Virus record (IMG/VR): IMGVR_UViG_3300037088_000888
Reading direction: 5' to 3' (one strand)
Length of the DNA stretch: 20,000 nt
From: an uncultured virus (IMG/VR IMGVR_UViG_3300037088_000888)
Taxonomy: Duplodnaviria; Heunggongvirae; Uroviricota; Caudoviricetes
In this document: in pieces, positions 16,950-20,000 of the stretch
Position numbering within the stretch: the first letter of the stretch is position 1
Layout: each line of letters opens with the position of its first letter
Notes under the pieces: generated by a model
The model's database searches: none
Seen by the model: the letters and a program-made list of their open reading frames with translations, nothing else
Told to the model about the DNA's origin: nothing
Made by a program: the position numbers and the translations under genes

Positions 16950-17414
16950 TTAATTATTATCTTTAAAATAAATTGAATTTTTCCAAGTGATTTTAATATT
17001 AATTGTATCTAAGCTGCTTTCATACCAATAAATTATTGTTGGTGTTGTTTCTATTATTGCTGTAAACCCATCTGGAAATTGTGAATGTGTTACTTCTGTA
17101 CTATCAATAAATACTTTTGCATTATATATCCATGTTTTAGTTAATTTACCGTTATAAATAGAATTACTTGTTAATATTAATTGATATCTATATTTTGGCA
17201 ATTTAGTTACAGTTTTTTGTATTTGTGCAAAATTTTCGTATGTTAAAATTTTTTCCTTGGTAACATATGATGAAATTGTAATTTTATTTCCTGAAGGTAA
17301 TTCTTTATCCCATGTACCAAAATCTTTAACTGTTACACTTTTACTATACGTTTGTGCGTTAAGGGTAACAAATCCAAAAAACAATAAAATAATAAACATT
17401 AATTTCTTCATCAT
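16950..17414 (-). CDS. Secreted / periplasmic protein with Sec signal peptide
   Basis: MMKKLMFIILLFFGFVTLNA|QTY: basic n-region, hydrophobic h-region, LNA cleavage site, Gln at +1. Confidence 0.7.
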   Translation of the reverse strand: MMKKLMFIILLFFGFVTLNAQTYSKSVTVKDFGTWDKELPSGNKITISSYVTKEKILTYENFAQIQKTVTKLPKYRYQLILTSNSIYNGKLTKTWIYNAKVFIDSTEVTHSQFPDGFTAIIETTPTIIYWYESSLDTINIKITWKNSIYFKDNN

Positions 17415-17446
17415 ATTAATATTACAACCATAAATACTTATATAAC

Positions 17447-17480
17447 AAAAAAAGGTAACCTATCGATTACCTTTTCTTTT
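17447..17480 (-). terminator. Intrinsic terminator downstream of the major capsid gene
   Basis: AAAAGGTAA-CCTATCGA-TTACCTTTT hairpin with T-runs on both strands, about 15 nt after the MCP stop codon. Confidence 0.75.
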
Positions 17481-17493
17481 ATTTAGCTATTGA

Positions 17494-19173
17494 TTACTGT
17501 AAGTCACCAATTCCGAAAGTCTGAAGACCATCGCAGAAGATTCTACCATAGTATCTGTTCAATACCATTTTCTTTGCATATCTTGTCATGATACCACGAA
17601 TCGGTGTGAAATCAAAAGGATTATACATGACAGGCGTAAGTTGCATTGGTACGTAAGGAGCGTAAATATAGCCGGTCTCTAAGATACTTGTTCCTTTATG
17701 TCCAACTAACACTGTGTTAGCAGGAGCATATGGGTCACGATATACCTGATATCTGCCACTAAGAGTACCGATTTTTTCAATACCCATATTGTATTTATCC
17801 TGCTCTGGAGCAGCATTAGATACATGGAAGTATTCAAGGTCATCGAATACTGCACTCACTTCAGGAGATACTACAACCCAAGAAGCACCACCACGAAGGG
17901 TTGCTTTATGAATCTGTGCTGAAATCTGGTTGATCTTTGTGATCAATGTCTGATTCCAGTCTTTCTGTACACCATAATAAGTGTTAGTTCCTTTACGAAG
18001 TCCGTTGTAGTCCCAACGAGCTGTCCAAGCTGCACCACGTCTTAAATCACGAAGGATTTCACGGTCAATTTCAGCAGCCATTTGTTCTGACAATAAAGCT
18101 GTTAATTCAGCTTCTGCGTCAATGTTATGGAATGCACTAACGTCCTGTGCCAATTCAGGTGTCCACATAGCACGCATTTTACGTGTTTCTACAGATACTG
18201 TTACTTGGTCAAGAACGAAGGTTACTTCAGCCATTCTTGAATCTTCTTCAAGATCGCTGTATACTCTGTAAGTAAAGTAGAATGTTATACCAGTTGCAAC
18301 TGTAGTTGCACTAAGTGGTAGATAACCACCAGTTCCAGCGTATTGTATGTCAGCTAAAAGTACAATTGTACCTGTTTTGCCAACAATTGCTTGACCGTAT
18401 TTTTGAACCTTTACGTTGAAAGGAATTGCTGTACCTGCAGAAATACTACCATCTGTAGCATAAGGAGAAGGAGCAACAAAATTAGTTTTTGAAGTGATTC
18501 TCAAACCAGCAAGGAATGATTCGGTATCCATTGGCACGCCAGCAGGACCGATCAATTTACCTTCACTTGTAGTAGTGAAACCACTAAGTGTGAGTGTAAC
18601 GAATTTATCAGTACCAACTACCCAAGTAGAAGCAGCAGTTTTACCGGTTATAATTGTCATTTCACCTTTTGAACGATCAAACAATGATGTACCTTCTTCA
18701 TTATATTTAGTTGCATAGAATGCATCGTACAATGAACGACTTTCGAACTGTGTTTTTGCACTAAGTGCTTTTTCAGCAGAGTTTCCATATGCACCATCAG
18801 GTGATGTTTGATTGAAATTAGGAGCATTATCTACTCTTACGCTTGCTTTCGGATTGATGTAGTACAATTTACCAATCGGTAAGTTAAGTGCCTGTACAGA
18901 CACGATGTCATTTGCTAACAATTTAGCAAATACTCTACGAATTACGGGGAATGCAACGGTTTCGAATTGTCCACTTGAAGACGAATCTGACGATTCATTG
19001 ATCATGTGTGATAACTGGTTTTCGAAAAGCTGTGCGCAATTCTCTTTCACGTTACCTTCAAGACCTTCAAGAAGACCGATTTTTTCCCAACGATTTGTTG
19101 TTATTTCTCTTTGTTCACGGAGTTGTTTTAAACCAATGTTACCAACTTCCGCACTTTCCATTAAAAATCCCAT
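17494..19173 (-). CDS. gp23: Major capsid protein, T4 gp23 family
   Basis: LFENQ, IRRVF..L.ANDIVSVQ, ELAQDV.AFH.IDAEAELT.LLSEQ.AAEIDREI, GY.YAPYVP, F.P..G.MTRYA motifs. Confidence 0.95.
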   Translation of the reverse strand: MGFLMESAEVGNIGLKQLREQREITTNRWEKIGLLEGLEGNVKENCAQLFENQLSHMINESSDSSSSGQFETVAFPVIRRVFAKLLANDIVSVQALNLPIGKLYYINPKASVRVDNAPNFNQTSPDGAYGNSAEKALSAKTQFESRSLYDAFYATKYNEEGTSLFDRSKGEMTIITGKTAASTWVVGTDKFVTLTLSGFTTTSEGKLIGPAGVPMDTESFLAGLRITSKTNFVAPSPYATDGSISAGTAIPFNVKVQKYGQAIVGKTGTIVLLADIQYAGTGGYLPLSATTVATGITFYFTYRVYSDLEEDSRMAEVTFVLDQVTVSVETRKMRAMWTPELAQDVSAFHNIDAEAELTALLSEQMAAEIDREILRDLRRGAAWTARWDYNGLRKGTNTYYGVQKDWNQTLITKINQISAQIHKATLRGGASWVVVSPEVSAVFDDLEYFHVSNAAPEQDKYNMGIEKIGTLSGRYQVYRDPYAPANTVLVGHKGTSILETGYIYAPYVPMQLTPVMYNPFDFTPIRGIMTRYAKKMVLNRYYGRIFCDGLQTFGIGDLQ

Positions 19174-19191
19174 TTTATAAATTTTTAGATT

Positions 19192-20000
19192 TTATGATAT
19201 TATTTTTTTGCCTCTGTGTTCTATGGTTTCGATAATTTTCCTCATTCTCTGAATATGTTTATCGTCTGCATAAGCTGTTTTTTCGATTACTTCATCAAGT
19301 TTTTGTTTTGAAGACGGCTGTATAGAAGCTGATACTTTAGTCTCAATACTTTCAGTAAGTGTTTTCTTTCCACCTTTCATTTCTGTAAGGAAATTCTTAT
19401 ACACTTTCTGTGATGAAATGATATTATCAACTTTTTTAAATTCGTTGATAATTTTAACTTTATCCTCTTGTGTTAATGCCAATTCTTCGTTTACCAATAA
19501 ATTATTTACATGAGATAAATTGGTATTGAAAACTGCCATTTCTTTTAACTGTCCACGATATTTGTCCAGTGCGGATTTGTATTTTTCTACTAAAACCGTA
19601 GCGGTTTCTTTATATTTCTTAGTTTCGTTTATTTTTTTGGTCAACTTTTTGTTTTCCTCAATTAAACCACTAATCTTTTTCTCTGATTCTGTTCTAAGAC
19701 CACTACGCATTTTTTCAGCAGCAGCCGTAGATTTATATTCTTTGCCCGGTATTGATGTTGAAGGAACTTTTTTCATATTTCCTAAAGTCTGTGTTAAACT
19801 TTCTTCAACAGGTGCTTCATTTGCACCACCCAATACTGCATCAATGTCGGCTTCTGATATTTCCATATTTCCGCCTAATTCATCAATAAGTTTTGAATCA
19901 TATTGACCCTGATGCATTTTATCTAATGGGAAATTACCAGCATGCATTTCATCGACTGATTTTTCATCAATCATTGCTGTGGTCGGTCCGCCAGCATTTA
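19192..20000 (-). CDS. Putative prohead core / scaffold protein (5' end outside the window)
   Basis: Directly upstream of the MCP gene; acidic region plus coiled coil with several (L/I/V)xE sites. The frame stays open upstream of 19974 (..NAGGPTTAM) to the window edge. Confidence 0.6.
   Translation of the reverse strand, partial: NAGGPTTAMIDEKSVDEMHAGNFPLDKMHQGQYDSKLIDELGGNMEISEADIDAVLGGANEAPVEESLTQTLGNMKKVPSTSIPGKEYKSTAAAEKMRSGLRTESEKKISGLIEENKKLTKKINETKKYKETATVLVEKYKSALDKYRGQLKEMAVFNTNLSHVNNLLVNEELALTQEDKVKIINEFKKVDNIISSQKVYKNFLTEMKGGKKTLTESIETKVSASIQPSSKQKLDEVIEKTAYADDKHIQRMRKIIETIEHRGKKIIS

Noticed and set aside
912..19906. Short shadow ORFs in the track (e.g. 912, 1819, 2365, 2644, 5470, 5734, 7650, 8479, 10794, 12096, 12266, 13036, 13258, 13507, 14175, 14932, 16237, 18494, 18905, 19008, 19520)
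   Set aside because: They are antisense or out-of-frame overlaps of better-supported genes and show no recognisable motifs.
1..20000. Alternative genetic code (stop-codon recoding as in some huge phages)
   Set aside because: Long genes read intact in code 11, and TGA (4714, 8175, 15893) and TAG (15580) end genes at sensible positions.

Overview
AT-rich segment of a large T4-like (gp23-type capsid) myophage genome. The host is probably Bacteroidota, judged from TTTG-N19-TAnnTTTG promoters, A-rich leaders mostly without Shine-Dalgarno sites, a signal peptide ending in A|Q, and Bacteroidota-type FN3 repeats. Virion genes lie on the minus strand: scaffold-like protein, major capsid protein, gp13/gp14-like neck proteins, a four-FN3 protein with two small paralogues, a gp15-like protein with a C1q-like tail, and a Cys-rich repeat fibre running off the left edge. 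Plus-strand blocks are interleaved: RHH plus Hef-like endonuclease, KTSC, GIY-YIG endonuclease, YkgJ-like, UvrD-like helicase, SLOG, and small ORFs. An apparently intact IS607 (tnpA+tnpB) sits at a GG inside a gene that can be rebuilt in frame. The most unusual observation is a 79-aa protein whose C-terminus matches residues 12-35 of the phage's own capsid protein at 18 of 24 positions, with synonymous divergence, suggesting a capsid pro-peptide mimic. All family calls come from motif recognition by eye; no searches were run.
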